A stretch of 64,000 nt of DNA from Bacilli bacterium (lineage in GTDB: Bacteria > Bacillota_I > Bacilli_A > RF39 > UBA660): the NCBI GenBank assembly GCA_045545595.1, contig JAZQBG010000003.1:155462-219461 (forward strand), given 5' to 3'. The stretch's first letter is position 1. Each line of letters begins with the position of its first letter. The notes under the pieces are model-generated. The model searched no databases. It had not been told where the DNA came from and saw nothing but the letters and a program-made list of their open reading frames with translations. Position numbers and translations under genes: made by a program. Below are positions 37,176-46,857 of this stretch, piece by piece.

Positions 37176-38216
37176 TTAATCTATAGTCTTACTATATTCA
37201 GTTTTTTCATCATTTACATATATGTAATATGTTCCTGTTGTTAAATCTGAATTACTCATTATTAATGTTTTAAAATCTTCATCAGCAGTAAATAAAATAA
37301 TTTCTTTATCATTTAAATCCTTCAAACTAATTTTAGAATCTTTACTTATTCTTGAATTTAAAGTAAAACTAACATATTTTTGTTTTGAAGATTTATCAGG
37401 ATTTTGAAGCATATCAGAACCTAGTGCGATTACTTCGCCACCATTTATTTCAAAACTTCCATCAGTATCAATTCCAGCATCTCCACCGATTGAAGAACCC
37501 ATTGTATATACTTTTCCGCCATTAATAACTAAATTTTTATTTGAATCAATTCCATCGCCACTAGCTTTAATATAAATATTACCATCATTTATAGTAATAG
37601 TACCACCATTATCTCCACCTGCATTTAATCCGTCATCTGCAGATTCAATATATATTTCGCCACCATTTATAGTAATATCATTATCAGTTGTAGCAATTCC
37701 TTCTCCTTCTTCTTGATTACCATAGACATTTAATTTTCCATTACCTTGAATTGTAAGTTTACCATTTGAATATATACATCCATCATATTCACTTGAACCA
37801 TTATCTTTTAATGTACTTGTTGTTCCTGATGGTAAATTAATAACTAATTCTCCAGTGTTTATATTTGCAATAGAGGCAGTTATTTCACTATTAATATTTA
37901 CATTATTTAAATTCAAAATTACTTTTTCCGTTGAATTTACAATCAATGAATAATTAAAACTTCCTGAAATATTATATTCTCCACCTTTAGTTATATTAAT
38001 ATTACTTTCATAATTATTTAAGTTAATATTTTCTTCGTTTATTGTTTCTCCATTACCTACATCATCTTTTGTTGTTTCTTTTTCTACTTCATCTTCCATA
38101 GGCATAAACATATAGTTTCTATTATTGCTATTCTTAAATATAACAAATAGTAATATGCTTAAAACAATACTTAATATTACTATAATTATTAATTGTACTT
38201 TTGTTTCTTTCTTCAT
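37176..38216 (-). CDS. membrane-anchored beta-helix repeat protein (DUF4097/putative-adhesin-like or carbohydrate-binding-like)
   Basis: N-terminal TM. Repeated INGGEIYIESADDGLNAGGDNGGTITINDGNIYIKASGDGIDSNKNLVINGGKVY units typical of parallel beta-helix proteins. Confidence 0.55.
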   Translation of the reverse strand: MKKETKVQLIIIVILSIVLSILLFVIFKNSNNRNYMFMPMEDEVEKETTKDDVGNGETINEENINLNNYESNINITKGGEYNISGSFNYSLIVNSTEKVILNLNNVNINSEITASIANINTGELVINLPSGTTSTLKDNGSSEYDGCIYSNGKLTIQGNGKLNVYGNQEEGEGIATTDNDITINGGEIYIESADDGLNAGGDNGGTITINDGNIYIKASGDGIDSNKNLVINGGKVYTMGSSIGGDAGIDTDGSFEINGGEVIALGSDMLQNPDKSSKQKYVSFTLNSRISKDSKISLKDLNDKEIILFTADEDFKTLIMSNSDLTTGTYYIYVNDEKTEYSKTID

Positions 38217-38271
38217 ACAATTCCTCTTTCTATAAATAATTATAATACAAATTTTTTTAAAATATAATTAA

Positions 38272-38973
38272 TTATTTAACTTTTTTCAAATCATATATTT
38301 CATCAACTATCTCACAAACATTTGGAGAATGAGTTACTATAATTACACATTTCCCTTCTTCGTGAGCTAACTTTTTAAATATATCTAATATTTCGCTTTC
38401 AGTTTGTTTATCCAAGTTTCCCGTTGGTTCATCAGCTACTATCATTTTAGGATTATAAGATAAGCTTCTAGCGATTGCTATTCTTTGTTGTTCTCCACCT
38501 GATAACCTTAAGATTTTACGATCTGCATAACTTGATTTTAATCCAACACTTTCCATAAGTTCTAATGCTTTTTGTTTCTTATTTTCAATTTTTTGTCCAC
38601 TTGCATCCATTGAAAGAATTATATTTTCACTAGCCGTCATATAAGGTAGCAAATTATAACTTTGAAAAACAATACCAATTTGACTATTTCTATAAGTATC
38701 TAAATTTATATCTTTTAAATCTTTTCCATCAAATATTATAGAACCTTCTGTACATCTTTCTAATCCGCTAATTAAAGATAATAAAGTTGTTTTACCACTA
38801 CCACTTCTTCCTCTAATAGCATATATTTTTCCTTTTTCAAAATCATAACTAATATTCTTTATTGCATATTCATCGCTTGTTGCATCACTATATTGATAAC
38901 TTGCATTTTGAATACTTAATATTACATTATCCTTAATATCTATTTTTTTATTTTCCTTTATTTTTTTTGCCAT
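38272..38973 (-). CDS. ABC transporter ATP-binding protein (MacB/LolD-type)
   Basis: Walker A GRSGSGKTT. ABC signature LSGGEQQRIAIARSL. Walker B IVADEPTGNLD. Confidence 0.9.
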   Translation of the reverse strand: MAKKIKENKKIDIKDNVILSIQNASYQYSDATSDEYAIKNISYDFEKGKIYAIRGRSGSGKTTLLSLISGLERCTEGSIIFDGKDLKDINLDTYRNSQIGIVFQSYNLLPYMTASENIILSMDASGQKIENKKQKALELMESVGLKSSYADRKILRLSGGEQQRIAIARSLSYNPKMIVADEPTGNLDKQTESEILDIFKKLAHEEGKCVIIVTHSPNVCEIVDEIYDLKKVK

Positions 38974-38974
38974 G

Positions 38975-40459
38975 TTATGACCTCTCTTTCAATATTGTAA
39001 GTGGTGAGAATCTTTGAATACTTATCATTGATGCTAAACTACTAACAAACACTAATGAAAGTCCAATAACAAGTAACTCTAAAATAACTGTTATATTTAC
39101 GACTGCATCAATTGAATCATACGCTTGAATATTTGGTGTTCCTGACATTTTGTTGAAATCTGGCATATTTCCACCACGATCTCCACCATTACCATCTGGT
39201 CTTTCTCCCATACCCCCAAAATTATTTTTCATTTGTTCTGATGAATTAGTAGAACTTTCTATTTCACTTGATAATAGAGAATTACTTACTGGTTTTGACA
39301 TTGTTGCTCCAATACCTGCACCAATTATTAAAGCAACAAATGCAACAACTAATAATTCTGATGCAAATTGCATAGTTAATTTTAATTTACTAATACCGAT
39401 TGTTCTAAATACACCAATTTCATATTTTCTTTCTCTAATATTTATCATATTAAGTATAAATAGTACAACTCCACCAATTAGTAATGTAATAATTAAGAAA
39501 GTAGTTGCAAACGATTTAACATTTTTAACTGATGTAACTCCAGCTTCTGCTGTTTCTTGATTAGTTTGAACTACATAAGTTTCATCCAAACCATTTTCAT
39601 AAAAGTCACTTTGAATTGCTTCTGCATTCTCATAATCATCTATTATGAAAGTAGGATTAATAGAACCTTTTATACTATCATTAGAATTATCAATATTAAC
39701 TAAAATATTTGCATTTGTTACTATTGTATTTGCAGAATTAGAAAACATACTCATCATAGAATCAACGGACTCTTCATTATCTTCAAATATACCTATAATT
39801 TCAAATTCATAAGTATTTCCTTCCTCATCTTCTAATTTGATTTTATCATTTAAAGCTAATTCATTATAATTTGCTAATTCTTTATTTATAAATACATAAT
39901 TACCATCAAATGCAATATCCCAAGCATTATCTGTTATCTCGCTCATTGTATATGTACCATTTATAAATTCACTCATAGATTCAATAGAACTATAGCCATT
40001 TAAAGTAAAATCTAATGAATTTTTATTTTGTCCTTTACCATTAGGTCTTCCACCAAATCCTCCTGGTTGTGATTCTGTTTCTATTTCAGCTTTTTCAATA
40101 CTATTGCCATTTAATGAAAAACTATAAGTATAATAATAACTTTCAATATGATCGTTTTCAGCAAATGTTTTTACATCATCAACTGAATATGATGCAATGT
40201 TTTCAAACTTTTCTTTTGCTTGTTCTCTTCCTTCTTCTCCTTTAGTATCAAACTCTTTCATCATTTGTTTTCTATCAAATGATAATGTTAATTCTTTTTG
40301 ATAAGAATTACTATAAGAATCAATTAAATCTGATGCTGTATTATTAATTGCAAGTGTTATGGTACAAGCACAGGCAATAACTAAGATAATAGCACCTATT
40401 AAAATATTCCTTCCTTTATTTCTAGTAATAGAAATCCACGCATTTTTAAATATGAACAT
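38975..40459 (-). CDS. ABC transporter permease, FtsX/MacB-like, with Gly/Asn/Pro-rich low-complexity insertions
   Basis: One N-terminal TM, large extracytoplasmic domain, three C-terminal TMs (FtsX fold topology). GGFGGRPNGKGQ and GGMGERPDGNGGDRGGNMPDF segments. Confidence 0.8.
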   Translation of the reverse strand: MFIFKNAWISITRNKGRNILIGAIILVIACACTITLAINNTASDLIDSYSNSYQKELTLSFDRKQMMKEFDTKGEEGREQAKEKFENIASYSVDDVKTFAENDHIESYYYTYSFSLNGNSIEKAEIETESQPGGFGGRPNGKGQNKNSLDFTLNGYSSIESMSEFINGTYTMSEITDNAWDIAFDGNYVFINKELANYNELALNDKIKLEDEEGNTYEFEIIGIFEDNEESVDSMMSMFSNSANTIVTNANILVNIDNSNDSIKGSINPTFIIDDYENAEAIQSDFYENGLDETYVVQTNQETAEAGVTSVKNVKSFATTFLIITLLIGGVVLFILNMINIRERKYEIGVFRTIGISKLKLTMQFASELLVVAFVALIIGAGIGATMSKPVSNSLLSSEIESSTNSSEQMKNNFGGMGERPDGNGGDRGGNMPDFNKMSGTPNIQAYDSIDAVVNITVILELLVIGLSLVFVSSLASMISIQRFSPLTILKERS

Positions 40460-40504
40460 TTTGTTCCTCCTTTATTTTCTTGATTTCACATTAATTCTAT
40501 AACT

Positions 40505-40544
40505 TAAATATTAAAAAAACATTAAAATCATACAACTTTAATGT
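40505..40544 (-). terminator. intrinsic terminator between the two-component system and the ABC transporter operon
   Basis: ACAUUAAA-10 nt loop-UUUAAUGU 8-bp stem overlapping HK stop, followed by UUUUUUUAAUAUUU. Confidence 0.55.
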
Positions 40545-41764
40545 TATTTTTGTTTAAATATTACTCTGAAAGTAGTGAAATTATCTTTAGAAAATGCTTT
40601 AATTTGTCCATCATGATTATTAACTATATTCTTTGCAATAGCTAAACCTAAACCATATCTATTAGAATCTCTATTTCTTGATTTATCACTACGATAAAAT
40701 CTTTCAAAAATCTTATCACATTCATCACTAGGAATATCTTTTCCATTATTGATAATATCTAATACTATATTATTTTTGTCTTTATATAAATTAACTTTTA
40801 TAATACTATTTTTATAACTATGCTTTATAGCATTATCAATTAGAATACTTATAACTTCATCAATTTCGGTTTTGCTACATTTTAACATTATATCTTTTTC
40901 AATTTGTGTTTCAATATTAACATTATTTTCAAATGCTAAACTTTCAAACACTAATGATCTTTTTTCTACTATTTTGGATAAATTATTTGCTGTATATAAT
41001 TCTTTATTAGTTCCACTTTCAGATTTAGATAAATCTAATAACTTGGTAATTAAATTATTCATCCTATCTGATTCTGATTTCATATTATTAATGTATTTCT
41101 CATTTTTCTTATTTACTTCTATGCAATCAATACTAGCCATCATAACTGCAAGTGGTGTTTTAAGCTCATGCGAAGCATCTGCGATAAATTCTTTTTGCTT
41201 ATTAAATGTTTCTGCTACAGGATCGGTAATCCATTTTGTAATTTTCTTTGATACATAATATACTAATAATTCAGATAATCCTAATATAAGAATTGAAATT
41301 AAAAGTAATGATAATAATCTATATCTAATATTTGATGTATCTACAATAACTAAATATTCTCCAGATTTAAAGTTGTAAGATGTATCACTAAAGTATAAAG
41401 AATTGATTTTAATATTACTACGATAATTATTAGAAATAATTTTACTTGCTTTATTAATAATCTTATTATCCAATCCATTTTCATTGTGACTTATTTGATG
41501 AATTATATTATTATTTTTATCTAATATGAAAGTATAAAAATCATAATCCATTATTATTTTATCATTCAAATCATCAAAATTTTGATTAATAGGTTTTCTA
41601 TTGGGATGTCCACCAACCATCATATTCATTCTTGTTAGATTTGTTTTAATTCCATTATATTCTTTACTATAACTTTGAATATTAAATACTATTATTGATA
41701 CTACTATAAATAAAGAAATAATTGAGAATATTGTATAAAAAGTTTTTTTCTCTAATTTTTCCAT
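40544..41764 (-). CDS. sensor histidine kinase
   Basis: Two TM helices. H-box IADASHELKTPLAV. G-box RYGLGLAIAKNIVNNHDGQI. Confidence 0.85.
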   Translation of the reverse strand: MEKLEKKTFYTIFSIISLFIVVSIIVFNIQSYSKEYNGIKTNLTRMNMMVGGHPNRKPINQNFDDLNDKIIMDYDFYTFILDKNNNIIHQISHNENGLDNKIINKASKIISNNYRSNIKINSLYFSDTSYNFKSGEYLVIVDTSNIRYRLLSLLLISILILGLSELLVYYVSKKITKWITDPVAETFNKQKEFIADASHELKTPLAVMMASIDCIEVNKKNEKYINNMKSESDRMNNLITKLLDLSKSESGTNKELYTANNLSKIVEKRSLVFESLAFENNVNIETQIEKDIMLKCSKTEIDEVISILIDNAIKHSYKNSIIKVNLYKDKNNIVLDIINNGKDIPSDECDKIFERFYRSDKSRNRDSNRYGLGLAIAKNIVNNHDGQIKAFSKDNFTTFRVIFKQK

Positions 41765-42454
41765 TTATACCTCCAACTTATAGCCCATGCCTCTAATAGC
41801 TTTAATAGTAACATCTGAATCTATTATTTTTAATTTTTTTCTAACAAACGATAAATATGCTTCCAGATTATTTGATTCAAAATCTGTGTCAATTCCCCAA
41901 ATTTTATCATAGATTTGTTCTTTAGAAATAATTTGATTAGAATTATTCATTAGATATTCTAATATCATTAACTCTTTATAAGAAATGTTTATTGTTTCAT
42001 TATTTTTAATGCAAAGGATAGTAGATGTTCTAACATTTAATTCTATATCTCCAAATTTTAAAATATCTTTATTTGTATTTTTCTCACTATTTCTTAATTG
42101 GACATTAACTCTAGCAATTAATTCTTCAATATGAAAAGGTTTAGTTATATAATCATTTGCACCATTTTCAAATCCAATTAATTTATCATCTAGTGATGAC
42201 TTTGCAGTTAGCATAATTACTTTCGTATCTATATGGTTGTTTCTAATTTCTTTTAGTATTTCTATACCATTTTTTTTAGGTAGCATTATATCTAATATAA
42301 TAAGGTCATAAATATCACTTAAAGCATTATCTAATCCTTCTTCACCATCTAAAGATATATCTACATTATATTTTTCTTTTCTTAATTTAGTTGCAATTAT
42401 ATCAGCTAAACTAAACTCATCTTCAACAACTAATATTCGCAAAATAATCACCAC
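41765..42454 (-). CDS. OmpR-family response regulator
   Basis: Receiver (ILVVEDE ... LDIMLPKKNG ... TAKS ... KPF) plus winged-helix C-terminal domain (TIKAIRGMGYKL). Confidence 0.9.
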   Translation of the reverse strand: MVIILRILVVEDEFSLADIIATKLRKEKYNVDISLDGEEGLDNALSDIYDLIILDIMLPKKNGIEILKEIRNNHIDTKVIMLTAKSSLDDKLIGFENGANDYITKPFHIEELIARVNVQLRNSEKNTNKDILKFGDIELNVRTSTILCIKNNETINISYKELMILEYLMNNSNQIISKEQIYDKIWGIDTDFESNNLEAYLSFVRKKLKIIDSDVTIKAIRGMGYKLEV

Positions 42455-42512
42455 CTAGATTTATTATAAAATTTAAAGATTAAAATAATATTAAAAAACT
42501 CCTTAATTAATT

Positions 42513-42554
42513 ATAGCATAAAAAAAGCAAATCATATTATATTATTGATTTGCT
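42513..42554 (-). terminator. intrinsic terminator after the GT8-DedA gene
   Basis: AGCAAAUCA-11 nt loop-UGAUUUGCU 9-bp stem followed by UUUUUUUAUGC. Confidence 0.55.
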
Positions 42555-42565
42555 TTATAAATTTA

Positions 42566-44167
42566 TTAATTTGAATTTCTTACAGAGTTATTAGTTTTTT
42601 TATTTAAAATCTTTTTATAAATAAACATTCCAAATATCGATAAAAAAATTGTTACAATAAAAACTAAAAACGAAACAATATATTGTTTGCTATACAAAGT
42701 TGACCCACATATAGTTGATGAAATAATCGATGGTATTCTAGCAATTCCGCTAATAAGCAAAAAAGGAAAAACTTTAACAGGTAACAAACCGACAAAATAA
42801 GTAAAACCATCTTTAGGCAATCCAGGAATTAAATATAAGAAAAACAATAAAGAATATATGTTTTTAGTATTTTTAAAAATAGAAAATACTTTCATATTTT
42901 TAGTAGGCATAAAAAATTCAAATACTTTTTGTCCAAATTTTTTAGTTAAAGCCAAAATTATAAGCGTTCCTATTAAATTTCCAATTAAACAATATATCAT
43001 ACCAGGTATAGCACCCCATACATATCCAGATGCTATTTCAAATGGTTCTGCAGGCATAAATTTTATAACGGTTTGAGCCGTTCTTAATAAAATAAATATT
43101 ATCTCGTCAAACACTCCAAACTGACCTAACCATGATTTAAACAATGTAGGATTCGATATTATTGATGTTAATTCTTTTCCATAATTTATAAATAATACAA
43201 CCCATAATATTAAGAAACCTAGAAATCCTATAGTTGCAATTTTTTGTGCTGTAGTGGCTTTAGTTATATTAAGTATAGATTTAATTTGTTTCTTTAATTT
43301 ACCAACAGGAGCTGGTCCTTTATTTTCAACATTTGGATAAAAACAATTTAATTCGCCTTTATATCCATCTAACCAGGGTTTATATTTTCCATTATAATGT
43401 ATAATTGCTGTTTCTTTTTCAACTGAATTTAAATCAAAATTCTTTTTATTATGCTTAAATGCACGCTCATCTAAATTATATATTTTTTCATCTAGCAATA
43501 TCATATTACTACCAAATAAAATATTTACTAAGTCTTGATCTCCCATGATAAGTTTTTGAATATTATCTTCCAAACTTTCAAAAATAGATTCTACGGTAAA
43601 ATCCTCTCTAATTTGTTTAATATTCATAAGCATGATTCCAGAATTTATATATCTTTCTTGATTAGTAAGATTTAATCTTGCCTTATTTATGAAATTTATA
43701 AATCCATATAAATGGCTTGCTCCTGCAATATAACAATCTCCCATTTCCATATTATATAAAGGTAATAAAGATTTTCTGATATAAATATCTGGATCTAAAT
43801 ATAAACAACACTCAACTTCTTTAGGTAAATAATCAAATGCCATTAATCTATAAAAAGATTCTTTAGGGAGTCGTTCAAGAACAGGTGTATCTGAAAACCA
43901 ATTCTTAGTAATTTTAATACTATGTACATTAATATTCTTATCATTCACTTCATCTATAAGTAAATCAATATCTTTTTCTTCTAGTGCAGAATGTACAAGA
44001 TAAACATCAGTGGTTACTTCACTATGGACTTTACTATATGATTGCATCATTGTAATTAACGGCGAAAGATAATTTTTATCTATAGTAACAAGTAAATTGA
44101 TATGTTGTTTATTTTTTTTATTATTTTTACTTCTCATAATCATACTCCAATACTTTTTTAGTAGCAA
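42566..44167 (-). CDS. fusion protein: GT8-family glycosyltransferase domain + DedA/TVP38-family polytopic membrane domain
   Basis: GT8 motifs CLYLDPDIYIRK (YLDxDxxV) and IIHYNGKYKPW (HxxGxxKPW). C-terminal half multi-TM with LRTAQ..F and GLPKDGFTYFVGLLP typical of DedA/SNARE-associated family. Confidence 0.75.
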   Translation of the reverse strand: MLLKKYWSMIMRSKNNKKNKQHINLLVTIDKNYLSPLITMMQSYSKVHSEVTTDVYLVHSALEEKDIDLLIDEVNDKNINVHSIKITKNWFSDTPVLERLPKESFYRLMAFDYLPKEVECCLYLDPDIYIRKSLLPLYNMEMGDCYIAGASHLYGFINFINKARLNLTNQERYINSGIMLMNIKQIREDFTVESIFESLEDNIQKLIMGDQDLVNILFGSNMILLDEKIYNLDERAFKHNKKNFDLNSVEKETAIIHYNGKYKPWLDGYKGELNCFYPNVENKGPAPVGKLKKQIKSILNITKATTAQKIATIGFLGFLILWVVLFINYGKELTSIISNPTLFKSWLGQFGVFDEIIFILLRTAQTVIKFMPAEPFEIASGYVWGAIPGMIYCLIGNLIGTLIILALTKKFGQKVFEFFMPTKNMKVFSIFKNTKNIYSLLFFLYLIPGLPKDGFTYFVGLLPVKVFPFLLISGIARIPSIISSTICGSTLYSKQYIVSFLVFIVTIFLSIFGMFIYKKILNKKTNNSVRNSN

Positions 44168-44176
44168 TATTCATAT

Positions 44177-44204
44177 TAAAAGGTTATCGCTATTGATAAC
44201 CTTT
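44177..44204. terminator. bidirectional stem-loop after the amine dehydrogenase gene
   Basis: AAAAGGTTATC-gctatt-GATAACCTTTT 11-bp perfect stem with A/T runs built into both arms. Confidence 0.45.
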
Positions 44205-44214
44205 TTTCATTTAC

Positions 44215-45261
44215 TTATATTTTTAATTTATAAGCAAGATCTTCCATTGTTGCAGTAGGTACAAATCCTGGTTCAGATTTTATTAAATCTGGTAAACGAT
44301 TTACTACACTAGCACATGTTAATTCTACTGTAGATGGTCGCCTAACTGTAACTGTCGTATTAGGTTCACCAATAATACTCCATTCATTAATATCAAATTC
44401 ATCAGGAGCATATACTTTTCCAACACATTTAGTTTCTAATGTTATTCCTTCATTCGTTTCAGTAGTAACAACAGCACTCATACCTGTTGCATCTCCTGCT
44501 TTTATAACCATACCAAGTGTACTAGATTCAATATCTTCTTTATATGTTTCAGGAACACATTTTTGTGTTTGACTTTTAACAGTTAATCCAAGTTTTTTGC
44601 ACATCCAACCATTTACATTCCACATATAACTTGGAGCGTATTCTCCATTATCTATTAATTTTTGTCTTTCTTCATCACTCATTCTATCAACACTAGCAAT
44701 CTTTTTATCAAATTCTTCTAATGTTAATCCTGCTCCATGAGCTTCTGCTAAAGCAATTCCATAATCTTCAACATTATACCAAGATTCTCCAACAATTTTT
44801 TTAATACTTTGTGTAGCACCACAAATAGATGTTATTAATTGTCCCCAGAATATATCTTGATAACCACTTCCTGTAATAGTGCAGTTATTCTTTTTAGCAA
44901 GTGCATCTATTTTTGCTGTTAAATTTGGATTTGAATTCCAAGAGAAGAAAGCTTCTTCACAAGTTGTTATTGCATTAACACCAAGTTCGGCACAAAGTAT
45001 TAATGCTTCTTCAATATCACTTAATAAACTCATTGTTGTAATAATACAAGCATCTGGTTTACTATTAATTAAAATATCTCTTGCTTTATCAACACCTTGA
45101 ACAGCAACTCCTTTACCTTCACATCCAATTATAGAACCAATATCTTGTCCTATTACATTTGGATTATTATCGATAGCACCAACTATTTCGCCACCCTTTT
45201 CATAAACATACCTCATAGTATATTTACTCATTTTTCCACAACCATATTGTACAATTCTCAA
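44215..45261 (-). CDS. DapB-like NAD(P)-dependent amine dehydrogenase family oxidoreductase (2,4-diaminopentanoate dehydrogenase-like)
   Basis: N-terminal MRIVQYGCGKMSKY Rossmann start characteristic of the DapB-like native amine dehydrogenase family. ~345 aa. Confidence 0.5.
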   Translation of the reverse strand: MRIVQYGCGKMSKYTMRYVYEKGGEIVGAIDNNPNVIGQDIGSIIGCEGKGVAVQGVDKARDILINSKPDACIITTMSLLSDIEEALILCAELGVNAITTCEEAFFSWNSNPNLTAKIDALAKKNNCTITGSGYQDIFWGQLITSICGATQSIKKIVGESWYNVEDYGIALAEAHGAGLTLEEFDKKIASVDRMSDEERQKLIDNGEYAPSYMWNVNGWMCKKLGLTVKSQTQKCVPETYKEDIESSTLGMVIKAGDATGMSAVVTTETNEGITLETKCVGKVYAPDEFDINEWSIIGEPNTTVTVRRPSTVELTCASVVNRLPDLIKSEPGFVPTATMEDLAYKLKI

Positions 45262-45302
45262 TCTATCATCTCCATTTTATAATATTTCCATATAAAGAAA
45301 AA

Positions 45303-45743
45303 TTAATCTCTTTTAGTGTACTTTACATCTGACTCATATTTTTTAAGAGCCATATATGCTGATATAGTTGAAACCACAACACCTAATATTGCTTCATAAA
45401 TTGCTGTAGTTATTGTGGATAATTCACAAGTATTAATACCCATCATTTGTTCAACTATTACTGAAACTACAACAAAACCAATTACTAATGCTACTAAAGC
45501 ATAAGGTATAGTTCTTCCTAACGCTTTTCCAAAAGGCAACTTACGATCTAAATGTTTTGCAGTTCCTTTTAAAACTATAATACAGTTTAATAATGTAGGT
45601 ACAAAACAACACATTGCTCCACCTATATAATTTGGCATTGGATTTTCTGTATTTACTCCAACTAACATAGTAAGACAGAAACCTAAAATTAATCCCACTA
45701 TTACACCAGGTAATAGCTGTTTAAAAATATCTTTTCCTTTCAT
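45303..45743 (-). CDS. small polytopic membrane protein (4 TM), hypothetical
   Basis: Hydrophobic profile; within metabolic operon. Confidence 0.5.
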   Translation of the reverse strand: MKGKDIFKQLLPGVIVGLILGFCLTMLVGVNTENPMPNYIGGAMCCFVPTLLNCIIVLKGTAKHLDRKLPFGKALGRTIPYALVALVIGFVVVSVIVEQMMGINTCELSTITTAIYEAILGVVVSTISAYMALKKYESDVKYTKRD

Positions 45744-45753
45744 TTTACATCTC

Positions 45754-46857
45754 CTATAATTCTTTAAAAACTGGTATTCCAGTATAACTCTTTGGAGTTT
45801 CTTGTTTCCTTAAAACTCTAAGTGCACCACTCGATAATGCTTCTAGTTCAAATTCACCAGACATTACAACAATTTTGGATAATTTTCCAACATATTTTTT
45901 TATTGTTTTCACTAAATATTCTTCATTAGCAATACCACCAGTTAAAATAATTGCACTACAATTACATTTTAATGCTACAAACATAGCACCAATTTGTTTA
46001 GCAATTTGATAAATCATCGCATCATATAATATTTTTGCTTTTGTATTACCTGATTCAATAAGTTTTTTTACTTCTCTAACATCATCTGTTCCAAGCCATG
46101 ATATTAGACCACCATTTTTATTGATTAAGGCATTAATTTCTTTTTCTGTGTATTTTCCACTAAAACACATTTTTATCAATGGTTTTGCAGGAACAAAGCC
46201 ACTTCTATTTGGAGTCATTGGTCCATCACCATTAACATTATCATTAGAATCTATCATTTTACCATGATTGTGTGCTGCTATAGATATACCACCACCCAAA
46301 TGACAAACTATTAAATTTAAATCTTTATAATTTTTACCTATCTTATCTGCATATCTATTAGCAATTTCTTTTTGATTTAAAGCATGAACTCTACTTTCAC
46401 GATATAAATCCTTTATACCTGTTATTCTTGCTTCCATTTTTAGTTCATCAACATCTGGAGGGTTTACACAGAAGGCAGGTTTAGAATATTTTTGTCCAAG
46501 TTCATAAGCCAAAGTAGCTCCTAAAGTAGCAGGGTGTTTTACTGTAAACATTGTACTTGCATGTTCATAAAGTTTGTCATTAATTAGGTATGTTCCACCT
46601 GGACAACTAACTAATCCTTCACCTCTTCCAGCAAAAGCATCAATTGAATTAATATCAACTTTATTTTTTTCTAATACATCTATTAGAACATTTAATCTAA
46701 AATCTTTTTGATCTGAAATTTCCTTAAAAGGAGCTAGTTCTTCTTTTGTATGTTCAATAGTAGTTTTAAACAAACATTTTTCATCTTGGAATAATCCTAT
46801 TTTTGTAGTAGTAGAACCAGGGTTTATAGCTAAAATTTTAAAACTATTTTTTTGCAT
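45754..46857 (-). CDS. buk: butyrate kinase-type acyl kinase
   Basis: N-terminal ILAINPGSTTTKIGLF (Buk-type INPGSTSTK signature). ~367 aa. ASKHA-fold motifs. Confidence 0.85.
   Translation of the reverse strand: MQKNSFKILAINPGSTTTKIGLFQDEKCLFKTTIEHTKEELAPFKEISDQKDFRLNVLIDVLEKNKVDINSIDAFAGRGEGLVSCPGGTYLINDKLYEHASTMFTVKHPATLGATLAYELGQKYSKPAFCVNPPDVDELKMEARITGIKDLYRESRVHALNQKEIANRYADKIGKNYKDLNLIVCHLGGGISIAAHNHGKMIDSNDNVNGDGPMTPNRSGFVPAKPLIKMCFSGKYTEKEINALINKNGGLISWLGTDDVREVKKLIESGNTKAKILYDAMIYQIAKQIGAMFVALKCNCSAIILTGGIANEEYLVKTIKKYVGKLSKIVVMSGEFELEALSSGALRVLRKQETPKSYTGIPVFKEL

Noticed and set aside
40460-40510. OmpR-type direct-repeat binding site (TTAAGT ... TTAATG) in the ABC operon promoter
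   Set aside because: Half-site spacing (13 nt) and sequence are only loosely repeat-like in very AT-rich DNA. It is not distinguishable from chance.
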